DNA of 63,144 nucleotides, filler included, from Octopus bimaculoides (Eukaryota): NCBI RefSeq assembly GCF_001194135.2. It is 4 parts of 4 records of this genome, joined end to end, with 100 filler letters (N's around TTAATTAATTAA, not from the genome) between each part and the next. Parts side by side here need not be neighbours in the genome. Positions count along the whole stretch, not along the records: positions 32,044 to 59,854 come from NC_068989.1; 3 more parts are not named here. One strand, written 5' to 3'. A model generated the notes under the pieces. The model did not search any database. It was not told the origin of the DNA and was given only the letters and a program-made list of their open reading frames with translations. Position 1 is the stretch's first letter; each line of letters starts with the position of its first letter. The translations under genes and the position numbers were made by a program. Positions 37,307-49,800 of this stretch are shown here, in pieces.

Positions 37307-37373
37307 GTATTTTTTGTATTTTTTGTATTTTTGTATTTTTTGTATTTTTTGTATTTTTTGTATTTTTTGTATT
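37307..37373. repeat. (GTATTTTT[T])n tandem repeat, about 8 units
   Basis: Direct reading. Confidence 0.9.
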
Positions 37374-38140
37374 CTTAGGGTTGTGAGTTGTTACGTAGAT
37401 CAGAGTATTTGGTTTCTTAGAATTGTTTTCGTTCTTTGCAATTCATTAAAATCTATTGAGTTGGCACATTCTGCTTTGTGATCGATTAATATTTTACTGT
37501 ATTTCCTATTAAGTAGAAAATATACACTGTACTCGAGGTATTTGAGGACATTTGATAAGTTGAAAGAATTGTAACCTAAGAAAATTATACAGATGTTATC
37601 AATAAGCTTTGTTATGAGATTATTCTATGAACCTACCTTCAGCTAGATGACTGCTTTAATAAGGATCGGAATCGTTTACATGTCAGCATTAAAAGGATTT
37701 TATACATTTTGAACAATGGCCGTGTTCTGTGAAGCTATGTTACTGAGAGAATGTAGATTAGTCTTCTTTTCAACAACGTTCGAAACTTGTAATCCTTTGG
37801 ATTTACATCTGGAAAGTTTGTAGATAAATTTTGTGAAACATTTTGTGATATCCATTCTAGTGTTACAAGGGTCTGTAGGATGACGCTGAGTATTGTTGAA
37901 ACACATATGGTATTCCACTGTATACTTTATCCATTCAGGACTTTAAAACGCTTTCCATCACTTCAACATATCCTCTAGCACGAATTCTAAGATTCTGTGG
38001 AAACATGTAAGGTGGCGTGACATGACCTTCGTTATCATTACTCTTACAGCTACACAGTTGCTGGACGCTTAATTTTCATCACACTGGAGACATAGAGAAG
38101 GTTCTGCACATAATCATCTGTCGAATTTAATTTTCATTAT

Positions 38141-38450
38141 TTTACTTGTTTCACTCATTTGACTACGGCCATGCTGAAGCACCGCCTTTACTCGAACAAA
38201 TCGACCCCAGAAGTTATTCTATCGGGCCCTTTGTCGAGCCGCTAAGTTGCGGGGACGTAAACACACCAACATCGGTTGTCAAGCGATGGTGGGGTGACAA
38301 CAGGCTTCTTTCAATTTCTGCCTACGAAACCCACTCACAAGGCTTTGGTCGGCCCGAGACTATAGTAGAAGACACTTGACCAAGATGTCAGGCAGGGGGA
38401 CTGAAACATTTCGTTGGGAATCAAGCTTCTTACCACACAGCGACTCCTGC
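38141..38450 (-). mobile_element. Family A SINE lacking the internal microsatellite
   Basis: Tail, body and head all match 27174-27515. Confidence 0.9.
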
Positions 38451-38631
38451 TGGTAACAATGAATGCATGTCATTTATCTGCCCTAGGGGCCATGAAAAAA
38501 TAAGAACATTTTAATAATTATATTATACATACACTGATAATTACACACATACACACACACACATACACAAACACACACATACGTACACGCACGCGCGCGT
38601 GTACGTATAAACATAATCACAAATGTTTATA

Positions 38632-39468
38632 TAGGGTGCGGTGAATAATCTGTCGTCTAAATTCCGAAGAAATGAAAATAACACTGACATCTCATTTTAA
38701 CATATATTCATCAAAATTACATTAAAACATCTTGAAATACTAAAAAGAGTTAATTTATTCAATAAAGCCTTTTGCTTCAACGACGGCCTCCAGACGACTT
38801 CGGAATTTACTGCAACTCTTCTGCTATAATCCTTGCCTTCAGTTCATCTTTGGTGTTACAAGGAGATTTGTTGGTCTCTCGCTCAACTGCACACCACATA
38901 TAATAATCAAGTTGGTTACAGTCTGTGGAGTTAGGCAGCCAGATGTCAAGGGTGGTGTGGTCTCAGAAATTGTCTGACAGTCATGACGGAGTTCTCCTGC
39001 TTGTGTGACACAGTGCAGAGTCCTGTTGTCAGACAGGGTCTTCCAGCAGCCACCCTCTTCTCCTAGGTCAACACTACGTCCTCTGAGTACTTGATGTAGG
39101 CCTCCTTGCTGAGTGTGAGGTCGTGTGGAAAGATGGATGGCGGCATAACGTCAACATCACTAGTCACTTCAGATACTATGATGTTCACTGGATGTTTGAT
39201 TTTTACTCTAGGTACGTCCTCAGTTTGCACTGTCCACATATTGACACCCAAACACTCTGAAATTTTCGTATTGTAGTTTCCTGCGCGAATGTCAAGCACT
39301 ACAACATGTCGTTTCCAAATTTTTGGCAGAATAATTTGCATCATGGTGCTCACACACGGTGCTCAACTGACTCTACTATACTTTCTAGTCGACAAAATTA
39401 AGAATAAACAATGCGTATGCGCGAAATTAAAAATTAAAAGATGGTGACAATTTACCCTTCGTACCCTG
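38632..39468 (-). mobile_element. Internally deleted Tc1/mariner-superfamily transposon, DD37D (maT) type
   Basis: QQDSALCHTS..IWLPNSTDCNQLDYYMW with 37 codons between the two Asp; N-terminal WKRHVVVLDIRAG..ISECLGVN; degenerate TIRs (C/T)AGGGT..; TA flanks at 38630-38631 and 39469-39470. Confidence 0.85.
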
Positions 39469-39502
39469 TATATACCGATAAGTGTCATTACCTACTCTTC
39501 TC

Positions 39503-39507
<5 letters not shown>

Positions 39508-39567
<60 letters not shown>

Positions 39568-39848
39568 NNNNNNNNNNNNNNNNNNNNNNNNNNNNNNNNN
39601 NNNNNNNNNNNNNNNNNNNNNNNNNNNNNNNNNNNNNNNNNNNNNNNNNNNNNNNNNNNNNNNNNNNNNNNNNNNNNNNNNNNNNNNNNNNNNNNNNNNN
39701 NNNNNNNNNNNNNNNNNNNNNNNNNNNNNNNNNNNNNNNNNNNNNNNNNNNNNNNNNNNNNNNNNNNNNNNNNNNNNNNNNNNNNNNNNNNNNNNNNNNN
39801 NNNNNNNNNNNNNNNNNNNNNNNNNNNNNNNNNNNNNNNNNNNNNNNN

Positions 39849-39915
<67 letters not shown>
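39508..39915. repeat. (TG)n and (CA)n tracts flanking a gap
   Basis: Direct reading. Confidence 0.9.
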
Positions 39916-39918
<3 letters not shown>

Positions 39919-40826
39919 CCGTACTCGTACACACATAGACACACACACTTATATATTCAGTATTTTATGCTTAAATACGTATATAAACATCTGGATACTT
40001 AAATATACACATACATTTATGTATACACACAGATAATTATTATAATGTGTATATATAAGTTACGATGTTAAAATTTTGTGTATATGTATAATTCATTTTG
40101 TTTATTAATTTCTTGATCACGCATTTCTTCTACTTCACTCTCTTCTTTTTAATCTACGTTTCTCTTTTGTAACATTTAACAGCAATCTTCAGTTTTATCA
40201 TCTTTATTATATAAAGCTTGGATTCCATTTAGATTCATACATAACACTACTCCATTTAAACTTAGCCAATGGCCAAATAGGTTTCCTCTCCCTGGTTACT
40301 TGGCCTATTGGAAATAGAAACCAAATTTGCATTAAATGTTTCGTTGCTTGCTTTAAGAAATAAGAATAAATTGAATAATATAGACGGGAACAAAAACGGA
40401 GAGCCGTGGCTGGCATGTCTTTGATTATAATATTTATGATTATAATGACCCTTGGGATGAAACAACAACTGAAATGATGGACAGAATACATCATGTTCGA
40501 TTTCCCTAGTAATAACCTCAGACGTTTTAAACAATTTTTGCTTATCTCTGTAAGATTTAGTTTTGTTTCTGTAATGATATATGGCCACTCAATAATTTCG
40601 CAATAGTGCTAGCTTTAAATGCTTTCACAGTGATGCATTGAATTGAGTAAATAAAGAAATGAAGGTAATCCTAATTGTATTGTTGTTTAGTAAAACATAT
40701 GTGTCACTTGTGCATCAGATAATCTTAAAACACACTATTAATAAAGTCTCATATTTTCCAGGGGTGGTTAAACAATAGTTGTCAATGAAATTGATGTCTC
40801 CCAGAGAACAATGATAAATTTCCAAC

Positions 40827-40867
<41 letters not shown>

Positions 40868-40870
<3 letters not shown>

Positions 40871-41080
40871 TTTTCAAATTTTTCCACAAGGGCAGCATTT
40901 TGGTGGAGGGATGAGTCGATTACATCGACCCCAGTGTTCAACTGGTACTTATTTTATCGACCCAGAAAGGATGCAATGTAAAGTCGAGCTCTGAGGAATT
41001 TGTACTGAGAACGGAGCGACGGTCGAAATACTGCTAAGCATTTCGCCCGGCGTGCTAACGATTCTGCCAGCTCACCGCCT
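40868..41080 (-). mobile_element. Full-length family B SINE
   Basis: Ends GCTAACGATTCTGCCAGCTCACCGCC (tRNA head); tail abuts (AAT)n. Confidence 0.92.
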
Positions 41081-41142
41081 CAATATCAATAATAATAGCA
41101 ACAACAACAACAACAACAACAACAATAATAATAATAATAATG

Positions 41143-41171
<29 letters not shown>

Positions 41172-41173
<2 letters not shown>

Positions 41174-41365
41174 TATTTTGAAAGTTTGGCACAAGGCCAG
41201 CAAATTCGAGGGAGGCGTTAAGACATTTATATCCACCCCAGTGCTTCAATGGTACATATTTTACCGACCCCGGAATGATGAAGAGCAAAGTCGACCATGG
41301 CAGAATTAGAAATCAAAATGTATAGACAGACAAAATGCTGCTAAGCAAATTGTCTGGTGTGAAAC
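41172..41365 (-). mobile_element. Family B SINE (diverged)
   Basis: TTTGGCACAAGGCCAGCAAATT..CCCCAGTGCTTCAATGGTAC..CAAAGTCGACC. Confidence 0.8.
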
Positions 41366-41462
41366 TATTCTCCCATTTTGCTGTTTTTTCTTCTTCTTCT
41401 TCTTCTTCTTCTTCTTCTTCTTCTTCTTCTTCTTCTTCTTCTTCTTCTTCTTNNNNNNNNNN

Positions 41463-41546
<84 letters not shown>

Positions 41547-41547
<1 letters not shown>

Positions 41548-41900
41548 AATCAGAGTTTCTTCGGAAACTCCTGTATCCGAATTGAGGGAAGGTAACGTCC
41601 GTTACCAACGTCATCACCACTACTATTTTTCGAAATCTGATAATTTTAAGCAACTTCCTATAGCATGATTTGTTGCACTTTTTGTATGGGATATTGTATT
41701 GTATCAGTATGTTTCGTTCTGTGATTTGGTTTGAATATTATGTTGTATTAGTTTTTGAATTGTGAGTTTGTTGTGAACTTCTTTCAGTAATTGGCCTTGT
41801 ACAGCACATGTTCTGGGCGTTGTTCATTTTGTTGGGTAATTATGATAAGAGTTTATTCCTGTATGTTTTTTGGGTGTGAGTCTTGCATAATATTGTGTAT
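41547..41900 (-). mobile_element. Unclassified AC-rich interspersed repeat ending in (TAA)n
   Basis: Homologous to about 55450-55770 (+), e.g. GTGGTGATGACGTTGGT and ACATACTGATACAATACAATAT. Confidence 0.7.
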
Positions 41901-42014
41901 TAATGATAAATCAACTATTTCATAGTATTGATGATCATCTGTCCACCGTTAATATTATTGTTGTACTTGTTATTATTACTATTATTACTATTGCTATCAT
42001 TATTGTTATTATAA

Positions 42015-42062
<48 letters not shown>

Positions 42063-42066
<4 letters not shown>

Positions 42067-44790
42067 GAGTGAAAGAGCACTGCATGTCATCAAAGTGACA
42101 ATGGGGTAAAATATACGATGCCCAGTATTTCTCAAGATTTTTACTCACTGTTCTTAGGGCTCCGATAGTTATTGGTACTACTACCACTTTTTTCATCGAC
42201 CATAACTAATTAACCTCCCAAGCTAACCTGTCATATCTATCGACTTTTCTTTCTTCCTCATCGCATACCTTGTTGTCAGCTGGCCATGGTATATCTATGA
42301 TCAAGCATCGTTTGCTTTTTTTCTCAACTAGCACTTTGTATGGTTTCCACTTCTCTATCTTATGGTCACACTGAATCATAAAATCCCATAGGATCTTTGC
42401 ATTATCATTTTCTGTGATGCTTTCGGGTTTATGTTGGTACCAAGTTTCTACTGTGTCAAGTCCATACTTGTTACAAAATGTCCAATGGACAATCCTTGCT
42501 ATGTTTCCATGACGCCTCATATTCTCTCTGGTCTAGTGGCGTATATTGACTGCAAATATGCCATACGGTTTCACCAATATGTCCATAAATTAAATTGTGT
42601 TGTCTATTCTGTATTTGATGTAACTGCTTGTTAATGCCTGCTCTTAGGCAGCACAGATGAGAGCCTCCGTTTCCGATTTTAAATTACTTTTAGTCATCCA
42701 CAGTCATCTTTTGTCTTATCTTCAACATTCCCATGCATTCTTTTCATTCATTCTCAAGTGATTGTAGAGTGCTTTATCTTTTCAATCTTCCATCCTACAC
42801 AAGCCTGACCATCTCACTTCCAATAAAAGCAGATTTGTAGCGTCTTTTACGTACCATGTTATGTTGTTTTCTTCTACTCTAACGCTGTGTTCGCATCCAA
42901 TCGATCCTCTTCCCCATCTTTTTCTTGGTACATACAGGCTGTCTGTGTGACTTTTTGGCTGGAATATCCAATATGTGGTCAGCACCTTCTTTGTCTTTCT
43001 GTTTAAGCTGTTTAGTTCGTCTACTGTCGATGTGATTACCCCTGCTGCATATCTAAGGAGTGAAATCACCCAGGTGTTGATAGCTTCAATCTTACTCCGT
43101 TCATTTAATCTCGACTTAAATATCAGTCTCAGTCTGCGCAAGTACTCCTCCTTAAATTCTTCTGTCACTTCTTTCTCCATGAATTTATCCATTTCCAATA
43201 TCTCCAACTACTTATGGCCCGTCTCTTTTATCTGATTCATAAACTCCCCTGACTATATTGCTAACCCATCTATACTTTTGAATTTGCCTCTCTTCAACTC
43301 TAACGCACCCACACCACACTTTTTCAGTCCGAACTCCATTCTGATATCAGCACTGAAAGTATATACCGTATCTACGAAGGGACTGACTTGGGATTCATCT
43401 TTACCATAAAGTTTGATGTCATCCACGAATAACAAGAGGTTGATTTTTTTTTTTTTTTGTGAAGGCTCTTGAATACATACCTAGCCTTTGCTTTCCTCAG
43501 AATCAGTGTTAGTGGTATCATGCACAGAGACCAGTGAGGACAGGCAGTTCCCTTGGAAGATGCCTCTCCTGACTTCTTCCATATGGTGTCAGTTCTGTCC
43601 TCCATTTCACCATACATTTTCCAAGCAATCGCTCAGCATTCGATGCAATACCAAATAGGTTCATAGATTCCATAATCCAAGAATGTGGGATCATATCGTA
43701 CGCCTTACGATAATCTATCCATGGCTAATTTAGTTTTCTTCCTCTTGCGGTCTCTATGTACAGTTTTGTTTATCAGGAGTTGATCTTTCGTATCTATGCA
43801 CTTACATCTGCAACCATTGTGCTCATGTTTCATAAGTCCAATTTTTTCAAATGTCCGAACATTGACTCTGTGAGTACTTCAGTCAATAATTTCCACATAA
43901 GTGGCAAGCTGGATATCGGCCTATATTTATCTACCGTATTGCTTTTTTCGGTGTTTTTCAAGCACAGCACTGTCCTACACATTGTCAACCACTCTGGTGT
44001 TACTTGGTCGGCATTCATCAAGGTCTTGAGTTGTGCAGCTATTCGTGCATGACATTCACCAAATCTTTTGATCCAGTAGCCTTGAACTCCATCTGGTCCC
44101 GGGGCCTTCCTGTTGCCCATTTTTGGGCTGATCTCCTTCACTTCCCTGACTGAAATGACTAGTTCTGCCTGTTTTGGACAGACTAGTGCTTGTTTTAGTT
44201 CTTGCAACCATTCAGCATCCTTCTTTTGCGCCTGGTCTTTGCTCCAAATGTCACTCCAAAACCTTTTAATTTCAATGTTATTTGGTATCAACTTTTCATT
44301 TGTACCCTCTTCATTTATTTCTTGTAGAATCTCTTCTGATCTACTCTGAATAACCTATTCTGCTGGTATCCCTTCATTCATTGGTCGTATCTTACCATCT
44401 TTGCTTTCTTTTCAACGAGGCGCTGTTTCAGTTCCACCATTACACGTTCAGTCCCTTTCTTTCAATATCATCCTTCCTTTTCAGAGCCCTGTATTTTTGT
44501 ATGCTTTTAAGCGTCTTCTTTTCTTTTCGGTCTAACACAGAAATGTCATTCGAGAGCATGTCTAACCCCGCCAATATTTTTCTTTTCCACCATGGATCTT
44601 TTGTTTTCTCACTCCCATTATATTTCTTTTTCGTGACATCAACACCCACAATTTCTGCCTTGATCAAATTATTTGTTACTTTGATGCTTTTTGTTCTAAT
44701 GTGATTCAGAATTTCATTCACATGTTTCGTTTCATCGATCAACCTTTTTAATGTTGCAATCGTTCTCCTTTTACCTTGGCTTTATACTGT
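42063..44790 (-). mobile_element. Decayed R4/Dong-type LINE (RT and RLE), 5'-truncated
   Basis: KAPGPDGVQGYW, YRPISSLPLMWK, LFVDDIKLY, EFGLKKCG, KILWDFMIQCD..CLIIDI; many stops and frameshifts. Confidence 0.92.
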
Positions 44791-44799
44791 CGTAGATTT

Positions 44800-45317
44800 C
44801 CTTGAACAGGACAAACGTAATTTCGAACAACAAGGTCTTAGCGAAAAGGCTTGCGCTTGTCGTTGGTAGCTTGGTCGGAGAAGCACAAATGTGCGCAGTC
44901 CCGAGCAGGTAAGTCCACGACAACCTTCATCTTATGCGATACATCATAGAAAGGGCTGGGATCAAAGCTGGCTTCGGGCGTGCTCTAGTACATCTGGATC
45001 AATCAAAAACACTCGATAGGGACAACCCCATCGTTGCTTGGAAGCCGTACTGAAAGCAGGCGATTTCGAACCCGTTTTCAGAGGCTGGATCACTGCAATG
45101 CACAGTAGAACCTGCTCAGTGATCAAAGTAAACGCTCACTTCTATATTTAAGAGATGAGGAATTATGTACATTATTTACATTATTTACATTCGGCGGAAA
45201 ATTGTCCTCATCTTGTTTGTTATTAACACAAGGTTTCGGCTGACATACCCTCCAGCCTTCTTGGGGTGTCTTGAGGAAATTTCGAACCTGGGTTCTCATT
45301 CCTAAGGTATTTTTCGA

Positions 45318-45372
<55 letters not shown>

Positions 45373-45473
45373 GTAATTGTTCAGGTGGGCGTATGGCGTA
45401 ATGGTTAAGAGCGCGGGCTACTAACCCCAAGATTCCGATTTCGATTCCATGCAGTTACCTGAACAACAACAAC

Positions 45474-45539
<66 letters not shown>

Positions 45540-47400
45540 AATAGTAATAACACCTTAAGTATGGGAACACCGGTTCGAAATTTCACCAAGACACCAGAAG
45601 AAGGCTGGAAGGTATATCAGCCGAAACATTGTGTTAACAACAAACAAGATGAGGACAAATATCCGTCGAATGTAAATAATGTAAATACAACACTCACTTA
45701 TTGAAACCATTTGGTCTCACACGCTCAGTCCGTCAGCGTTTCCCGCTGTCACCTCTTCTGTTGGTATTGACACTCGGGCCGCTGCTGCGGGAGTTGGAAC
45801 AGCTAATGGGTATCCCTTTCGAACTGGGACAAAGAAAGGCAGTGCCGGTATACGCAGACTCCGTTACCGTCATGGTGTCGGACGTAGTGGAGACGGTCGG
45901 CACCATCCTAAAGGAATTTGAGACAGGTGCAAGAACTAAAATCAATGCCAACAAAATCGGTGGAATTGTGCTTGGTCTCCTGCAGAGGCAAGACGATGCC
46001 ATCGGACGGGGTTCGTCTGACGTTGGACCGACGAGCCAGTTAAACTGCTCGGTGTCTGGTTTGGTCCCGATCTCCGTTTTGATAAGCGCAAGGTGGCAAA
46101 CAGGGTGGCCATCTTACCCAGAAATTGGCTTAGACGAAGCTGTCCCAGGAAGAGCGGGCAAAGGTGGCGAATGCCTACACCACCTCCGTTATCATTTATC
46201 GTCTCACCGCCGGGCCTTGTCCCGGTTACTGTTTGACCAAGTTGGAGTGTCTCTTATTTAAATTTTTGTGGAAGGGACGCGTTATAATGGTCAGGCGGTC
46301 AGTCTGTTGTCAGAATCCTCTGAGTGGCGGATTAGATATGCCGTTGCTCCCAATGCGCAGACTCACTCTTAGGTTACACCACCTGCACCGATTTCTGGAC
46401 GGTGAGTGTATATGGACTCCGTTTATGAAGCTCGTCTTTCCGCGGCTCGTCTCCTTGATGGAGCTGCAGTCCTGAGTGAAGAAAAGTTTGAGAGTAGGCA
46501 CCTGGCACCTAGAATGTCGTCAGGTGCATACAGCTCTCTACCAGTCGGGCAAGGGGATAAGCAGATGTCCTTCTTTACAAATTTATAGACTCTGGTCGCC
46601 GACGAAAACGATCTGACCAGTCTGTCCTTGGCCTAGCAGTGCTACTGTGAGGTGGGGGCAGCGCTACTGGTTCGAGATGAACTCCACAGTCACGGATGTG
46701 CTGTCACTCAGGATTGTCCGTAGTGCGAAGCCGTTCTGTAGGTACTCGTTCAGTGTCCAGACACTGCTGACATGTGGAGCTATGTTGAACAGCTGTTGTT
46801 ACGTGTGGGACGAATCCGTCTGACCACTGAATCCGTAATGATGATTGCCCCGCTGCCCTCCTTCAATCCAACAGGAAAAGCAGTTTTCCTTTGCTTTGTG
46901 GCTGTGACGAATGCGGTTGTTTGGTGGACAAGGCTAAAATGCATGAGGACAGATACATTCCTCCTTGGTAGAGCTCTCATTGACATCTTCAAGTTTCACT
47001 TGAAAAGGAAATCGAGTGGAGAGGAAAGGTGCTGTCTTCGAGTGAGTTTATTAAAAGATGGATGAAATTTGCGGAAATGGCAAGAATGTACGGCACCCCT
47101 CTCAGTGTTGAGCAGTAAGTCGGAGAGAAGGAATTGGAGAGGACACTTGTTCTTGGTTTTCAGAAAAATCTCGGACAGAGGTCATCCTGTATCAGGATGG
47201 CTACATTTCTATAATCCCTTCCCAACCTTTTGCTTTTATTAATTGTTGTATACTATGTATATGTCCCTCCTTTGTCAGTGTATACCGTGTATACTTTCCA
47301 TCTTTTTATTATAATTTCATTATATGCAAACCCCCACACTGTATGTCTGTCTTTGTACTGTCCCCTTTATCCTTCGCCCCTGAGGCAAATAAATGAAATT
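44800..47400 (+). mobile_element. Decayed Tx1/L1-clade LINE 3' half, interrupted at 45142-45688
   Basis: KVLAKRLALVVGSLVGEAQMCAV, LDQSKTLDR, SVRQRFPLSPLL, VYADSVT, FLWKG, C-terminal Cys-rich remnant; AATAAA and (ATT)n at the 3' end. Confidence 0.88.
45142..45688. mobile_element. Inverted composite insertion of family D (tRNA head, (AAT)n, hammerhead module) with 11-bp TSD
   Basis: Minus copy 45142-45386, plus copy 45387-45688; TSD AACGCTCACTT (45131-45141) and AACACTCACTT (45689-45699); A box TGGCGTAATGG, B-box-like TTTCGATTCC. Confidence 0.85.
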
Positions 47401-47412
47401 ATCATCATCAAA

Positions 47413-47483
<71 letters not shown>

Positions 47484-47517
47484 CATTATTATTGTGCCTA
47501 TAGTAGAAAGGATTATT

Positions 47518-48033
47518 AAGTAAGAGAGCAGCACATGCCATCAAGGTGACACTGGAATAAGATATACGAAGGCCAACATACTATTTATGACTACTTCTCT
47601 AATAAGGGTACAACAGGCACATGCATCAAAGCCATATGTGCGCGATATGGTGATCTTATATCAAGATAAACAGTGCATGACCTTGCAAGTGGAGCCCAGT
47701 TAGAATTTCTTTCAATTCGAGTCGCCCATTCCGCTCAAAAGGAGCCTGAATAAAGTTTGTTTAAGGATGATGAGCAAAACACCCAAGTTTCCAAAAGTGA
47801 ATTATTCACACCCCAAAGAATTCCTCTCAAGATATGGCTATGATGCTCCCCTACTACTTCTGCCCTTGACCAGAGATTCACAGATTGTCAGTCACAAAGG
47901 AACATGCACAACTGATTGAGGTCAAGTAACTGACAAGCAAATCTATTGAGCAGAATATTTGCAGCAGCCCATCTTTTATACCAAGACAAATCAATATGCA
48001 TGGTAACAACTCCAACTAGTTAACAATCAAAAG

Positions 48034-48035
<2 letters not shown>
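47518..48035 (-). mobile_element. About 520-bp interspersed repeat (probable LINE 3' UTR) between (TTA)n tracts
   Basis: Homologous to 25400-25725 and 42063-42128. Confidence 0.8.
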
Positions 48036-48091
<56 letters not shown>

Positions 48092-48117
48092 CATTATTAT
48101 TATTATTATTATAATTA

Positions 48118-49800
48118 TTCAGTAGTTTTACTTTCATAGCGTGCTTTCACTTCACTACCGAAGGCAGCTCTGTGTTCCTTGGGTATGTGCTGTGGTTTGC
48201 TGTGATGCTCTTATGGTTACTGTATTGAAAGTTTGCGTAGGATTTGTGCAGTGCCTAGTAGTGCAATTTTCTGCATGTTATATAGACTTGTTTTTGTTAT
48301 GTATTTGTTTCGATATTTTTTAACATATCTAATGCGCCTACTATGATAGGAATTGTTTTTGTTTTTAGATTCCACATTCGAGTTACCTCTATTTCCAGGT
48401 GTTTGTATTTTGAAAGTGTCTCCATTTCTTTTAGAGAAACGTTGTCATCTGCTGGTATTGATACATCAATTAGAAAGCATTCTTTTTCTTCATGATATGT
48501 GACAACTATATCTGACCTATCGGCCTTAACTTCTCTGTGTTTATTGGCATATCCCGGAGTATGGTTGCTTTCTCGTTTTCTGTAACCTTTTCTGCTGTGT
48601 GTCTATACCATCTTTTTTCTGTTGTTATTCCATTGTGTTGGCATAGCTTCCGGTGTGTGTAGGTCCCAGCTCTGTCGTGTCTGTGAATATATTCCTTCTT
48701 AGCCAGAACTGGGCAGCCAGAGATAATATGATTTATTGATTCTAGTCCACCTCCACATATTCTGTAGTTATTTGTTATGCTTCTTTTCATTATATGTTTT
48801 TGGTAATTTCTGGTGGGGAGGCTTTGATCTTGTGCTGCAATTAAAAGTCATTCAGTCTCTACTTTGAGTCCTGAGCTTCTCAACCATTGCTGGCGTTTTT
48901 CTCTGTGTATTTCTTTTACATTTAGTTTAGCCTAGTATTAGCCATGAAGCGGCTTTTCTTGCCATCGTTTTATCATGATCCGTTGCTGTTCTAGTTTTAG
49001 TTTGGATTTCATTTGGTTTATAGATTTTGTTGTTTCTTCTTCTTCTTCATATTTGTTAGGTAATATGATTTGTTCTCTGTATTTGTCAGCCTCCTTAAAT
49101 ACGGAAAACCGCTTTTTGACTTGCTCGTGTTTTGCGGCTAGTTGTCCTTGCTTCTGAAGTAGGTAATTTTGAAGTCCTATGGTGGTTATTTTATAATAGT
49201 TTTTCAGCTGTATAAGGCCTCTACCAACTTCTATACGTTGTATATATATAGCCTTTCTATGTCAGATTGTGGGTGGTACATCCTAGATCTTGTCATTATT
49301 TTTATTGTTTTCCTGTCTATTTTGGTTAGTTCATTTAGTGTCTAGTTAATGATATTGTAGCTGTAACTTATAGCTGGGACGGCTAAAGTGTTAATACCTA
49401 TTATCTTGTTTTTAGTATTGAGCTCTTTTTTCAGTATTGATCTAACTCGTCTATAGTATTTTCGTCTATAGCATGTTGAGCTTTCGTTCTTTGGGTAGAG
49501 CACTTCTGTAAAATAAGCGTGTAGGATTGAAATATATTCCTCACGTGTCCATTTATGTCTTTTTGGTTTTATTTGCTGGACATGAGGTACAACGTCGGCC
49601 CTTTATTTTGACGGTCATCATTTTCGTAGGGTACCGGTCCGTTCATTTCTGTTGTCAAATTGTTTTGCACGTGTAGTTTTTTTGTACTTTTTGTGTAACA
49701 AGTTTTAAGTACGCACTTCCCGATTGATATTATTGGGTTGAATAATACCGGTATTATTTAATTTATCTGTAATTGTTTTGTACGTGGTGTTTGGGGCCGG
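48118..49800 (-). mobile_element. Internally deleted R4/Dong-type LINE lacking the RT core
   Basis: N-terminal HKWTREEYISILHAYF joined to thumb YYRRVRSILKKELN; knuckle CGGGLESINHIISGC; ends LLGTAQILRKLSIQ* then a short UTR and (TAA)n. Confidence 0.82.

Noticed and set aside
39508-39915. (TG)n..(CA)n as a large inverted repeat
   Set aside because: The arms are separated by an assembly gap, so orientation and continuity are unverified
45387-45456. Functional tRNA gene (apparent ACT anticodon)
   Set aside because: Acceptor and anticodon stems pair poorly and the B box is altered; it is the head of a mobile element
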